Source of the DNA: Felis catus
Taxonomy: Eukaryota
NCBI RefSeq assembly: GCF_018350175.1
Contig: NC_058368.1
Location: 115,508,001 to 115,572,000 of the forward strand
Reading direction: 5' to 3'
DNA: 64,000 nucleotides
The first letter of the stretch is position 1. Each line of letters begins with the position of its first letter. Below the pieces are notes generated by a model. That model saw only the letters and a program-made list of their open reading frames with translations. It was not told the origin of the DNA and did no database searches. Both the position numbers and the translations under genes were made by a program. Below are positions 61,620-64,000 of this stretch, piece after piece.

Positions 61620-62920
61620 TTGTCTTTCAACTGGCTCATACTTGTGAAGACAGGTACAATTTGTTTATTTTTAATGTCCAGTTTATCAATTTAATCCTGT
61701 CTAAAATAATTTATTAGGCCTTATCATACATGTTGGATAATAATTTTCCTTTTGTTTCACTTTGTGTCACCACAGCTTGCCCCCCCTTATACCATCTTCT
61801 AACTTTGTTTAAAAGGAGAATATATGGGGGGGGCAGGGCAGAGAGAGAGAGAGGACAGAGCATCTGAAGTGGGCTCCGAGCTGTCAGCAGCAAGCCTAAT
61901 GTGGGGCTCGAACTCACAGTGAGATCATGATCTGGGCCACAGTCAAGATGCTCAACCAACTGAGCCACCCAGGTGTCCCTAAAAGGAGGATATTTGAACC
62001 AGACTGTACTTTACGGCACAAAACTAATTGATAAAAGAGTATAATATTTAGCAAATAGGAGAAATGAGCATACAGAAACAATTTTGTAAGACAAGTGTAT
62101 ACATTAAAACAAAAAAATAAATGAGGTTATATTGGCTTATGTTTAAAATCTTTTCCTGATTTTGCTTAAGAATTTTGGTTTTGGGGGTGCCTGAGTGGTT
62201 CAGTCTGTTAAGCATCCAACTCTTGATTTTGGCTCATGTCATGATCTCATGATACGTGGAATCGAGCCCTACATCGGGCTGTGCACTGACAAATAGGAGC
62301 CTGTTTGGGATTCTCTCTGTGCCCCTCCACTGCATATGTACTCTCTCTCTCTCTCAAAATAAATAACCGTTAAAAAAAAAAAAAAAAAAGAATGTTGGTT
62401 TTAGCTTGCTAAACAAGAATCAAAACAAGGCCCTGGGGCTCCTGTGTGACTCAGTTGGTTAAGTGTATGACTTTGGCTCAGGTCATGATCTTCTGGTTTG
62501 TGAGTTAAAGCCCCACATTGGGCTCTGTGCTAATAGCTCAGAACGTGGAGCCTGCTTCAGTTTCTGTGTCTCCCCCTCTCTTTGCCGCTTCCCCACTTGT
62601 GCTCGGTCTCTCTTTCTCTCTCAAAAATGAATAAAAATTTTAAAAAATCAAATAGGAATCAAAGCAAGGCCCTTTTACAGGGATTGCTTTACATATAAAA
62701 TAGATGAGGGATGCCTGGATGGCTCAGTCAGTTAAGTGTCTTGACTTGGGCTCAGGTCATGATTTTGAGATTCATGATTTTGAGCCCTGCATCAGGCTCT
62801 CTCTTATCAGCACAGAGCCTGCTTCAGATCCTTTGTTTCCCTCTCTCTCTGTCTTTCCACTGCTCTAGTGCATGTGCTCTCTCTCAAAAATAAATAAACA
62901 TTTTTAAAAAGCCAGATATA

Positions 62921-63144
62921 GGGGCGCCTGGGTGGCGCAGTCGGTTAAGCGTCCGACTTCAGCCAGGTCACGATCTCGCGGTCCGTGAGTTCGAGCCCCG
63001 CGTCAGGCTCTGGGCTGATGGCTCAGATACTGGAGCCTGTTTCCGATTCTGTGTCTCCCTCTCTCTCTGCCCCTCCCCCGTTCATGCTCTGTCTCTCTCT
63101 GTCCCCAAAAAATAAATAAACGTTGAAAAAAAATTAAAAAAAGT
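62921..63144 (+). mobile_element. Young full-length felid SINEC in intron 2
   Basis: TSD AAAAAGCCAGATAT (62906-62919, 63145-63158). Confidence 0.92.
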
Positions 63145-64000
63145 AAAAAGCCAGATATGGTATAAATTATAAAAGGAGTACATGTGATGAAAAATCCCAT
63201 TTACATTATTCTGTTCAGATTGGTCCGTTATGAGTAACTATAGTGTTTGATACCAAACAGGATAGGCCAAGTACTTAAACATGCATTATCTCAGTTAAGC
63301 CTCACAATAGTTCTTTTGGGTGAGTGGAGTAGAAATTGTAAACTACTTTAGAGAAGAATATAGTGAAGAGACTCAACGGTGGTTTCCACAGTGGACTCAT
63401 TCTCAAGTTTTTTGATACTGGTTTTGTCATTCGTGGTATCATACATTCCACCTGCATCAGTGTGGTGTTTGGGTTGAAAAAGTGGTTTTATTTCAGCAAA
63501 ATTCCTCGAAGTTGAGAGTGGCTGATCTTTTCATTAAAAGTGTTTGAACTCTGGGGCATAGAATTCATTTTTGAAGTTGTCTTCAGTATGCTGAAGTAAT
63601 TTCCCTTTGCTCTGCATAGTATTATCACATTCCTTTCTCAGAAAAGTTATCAGAGAGAGTTAAATAAAACTCCCCAAAGCATAAGCAATAAAAGAAAAAA
63701 TAGGTGATTTTACATTTAATGAAGTCTAATTTAGGTGCTGCAAATAATACCATTAAGAAAAAGAATGAAAAGAATGAGAAAATTTGTGCAAATCATCTCT
63801 CTGATAAGGAAATTTATTCACAATTATTTTAAAAAATCTTTATAACTCAACAGTATAAAGATAAATAGCCCATTTCTGTTTTTAATGACTAAAGGATCTG
63901 CATAGACTTGTCTCTAAAAAGAATTTACAAATGGCCAATAAGCACCTGGAAAAGATGCTCAGTATCATTAGTCATCAGGGAAATGGAAATCACATCCATA

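Overview
Mammalian, not microbial, DNA. The carnivore tRNA-derived SINEs (roughly 85 counted by eye, including a young GGGGCGCCTGGGTGGCGCAGTCGGTTAAGCGTCCGACTTCAGCCAGGTCACG subfamily) point to a cat or other felid. The only protein-coding gene I can support is the 5' end of UBE2D2 (E2 ubiquitin-conjugating enzyme, + strand). It comprises a CpG-island promoter and 5'UTR (~22.4-23.7 kb), coding exon 1 (23164-23187, MALKRIHK), a 37,821-bp intron 1, exon 2 (61009-61072, [21 protein letters not shown]) and the start of intron 2. Positions 1-22.4 kb are repeat-rich intergenic DNA with a few candidate cis-elements. Intron 1 holds three retrocopies that the ORF track misses: an antisense RPL31 processed pseudogene, a sense 5'-truncated HINT1 retrocopy whose frame is still open through the HIT motif, and an antisense 5' fragment of U2 snRNA at a site that appears to have been hit twice by retrotransposition. 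Almost all ORF-track entries are SINE, L1, microsatellite or CpG-island artefacts. I see no evidence of a new multi-gene system. The best leads are the HINT1 retrocopy, the U2 triple-TSD site, two probable SINE 3' transductions, and inverted young SINEs around exon 2. Repeat subfamily names and comparisons to reference sequences come from memory and need RepeatMasker/BLAST confirmation.
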